A stretch of DNA of 63,495 nt, the filler included, from Chiloscyllium plagiosum (Eukaryota): the NCBI RefSeq assembly GCF_004010195.1. It is 5 parts of one record of this genome, joined end to end, with 100 filler letters (N's around TTAATTAATTAA, not from the genome) between each part and the next. Parts side by side here need not be neighbours in the genome. Positions count along the whole stretch, not along the records: positions 56,867 to 63,495 come from NC_057717.1; 4 more parts are not named here. One strand, 5' to 3'. Of this stretch, positions 62,701-63,495 are shown in pieces. Numbering within the stretch: position 1 is the first letter of the stretch; each line of letters starts with the position of its first letter. The position numbers and the translations under genes are program-made. Under the pieces are notes generated by a model. The model did no database searches. It had not been told where the DNA came from and saw nothing but the letters and a program-made list of their open reading frames with translations.

Positions 62701-63450
62701 ACCTTCACCCTAATCTCCCTTATGAATCCTGCGTCATTAAATCCAATATCATCTGTTCCCGAGTGGACTCCACCAGAAATTGCTCCAAAAAACCATCTTA
62801 TAAACATTCCTAAAATTCGTTTTCTTGCAAACCACTACCGATCTGATGTTCCCAGTTCCCCTGCATACTGAAATCACACATGATTACTGTACTTTGCCTT
62901 TCCTACACATCTTTTCGATCTCCTGGTGTATCTTGTGCCCCAGCTCCTGACTACACTTTGGAGCCCTGAACAAGACTTCAACTGTGGTTGTCTTACCTTT
63001 GTGGTTCCTCAATTCTACCCACGCAGATTCTACGCCATCTGACCTTACTTCCTTTCTTACTATTGATTTAATTTCATTCCTTACTAATAATCCAAAGCCA
63101 CTCCCTCTGATCACCTGCCAATCTTTTCGATAGGATTAATATCCTTAAATATTCAGATCCCCTTGCAGCCACATCTCCGTGATGCCCATCGCTTCATACC
63201 TACCGATTTAATTCTGCACCACAAGCTCAATTACCTTATTCCTTATATTCACTTGTAACCCCTTCAGTCCTGCATTAAACGTCCCACTTCTCATTGTCAT
63301 TCATTTGTCCAGTGCGCTTGAAGTTTGATTGTTAAACATTTCCAGATGCTCTATCCTATTTGTGCCTGTGCTGGAGATTTTAATAACCTCTCCTGAGTTC
63401 TGTACTCTTACCTACTCTTTTAATTCGGCTTTTCTAATTAAACCCTATAA
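59770..63450 (-). mobile_element. Decayed CR1-type LINE ORF2 (same family as 1-2400), interrupted by a PLE
   Basis: ORFs 59713-60300, 61772-61972 (QHCCINGRSCLTNLLEHF) and 62884-63114; the 62100-63450 text parallels 520-1990. Confidence 0.9.
60528..61467 (-). mobile_element. Penelope-like element 3' part with GIY-YIG endonuclease remnant
   Basis: GLLYTGNIGRQLAEWFREH (ORF 60973-61293) matches the YIGETxRxLxxRFxEH motif; family-B terminus with degenerate hammerhead at 60620-60655. Confidence 0.85.
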
Positions 63451-63495
63451 CTGTACCCCCACCACACACACAACACACACACAACACACACACAC

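Overview
Eukaryotic, repeat-dense DNA, most likely from a shark or ray (HE1/V-SINE-type tRNA SINEs, many decayed CR1-type LINEs, Penelope-like element (PLE) remnants). Four identical artificial 100-bp spacers (44 N + TTAATTAATTAA + 44 N) split the window into five pieces, so adjacency across them is not guaranteed. The only convincing host gene is a GPR139/GPR142-like class A orphan GPCR on the minus strand. Its large coding exon (14662-15569) is intact. A matching first exon at 58396-58929 carries a 42-bp coding repeat but is disrupted, and lies on a different assembly piece. Three hidden signals stand out. (1) A decayed ~1.5-kb reading frame at 46801-48333 whose motif order and spacing resemble a rhabdovirus-type glycoprotein G, i.e. 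a candidate non-retroviral endogenous viral element. (2) Minimal type-I hammerhead ribozyme motifs in three distinct PLE-derived families, with family-specific compensatory stems. They sit in small palindromic insertions with 12-15-bp target-site duplications. (3) A fish-ERV-type retroviral env relic. Also present: two related solo LTRs, a ~5-kb segmental duplication dated by a copy-specific SINE, several short tandem duplications and degenerate satellites. All family assignments come from reading the sequence and recalled motifs; no database search was run.
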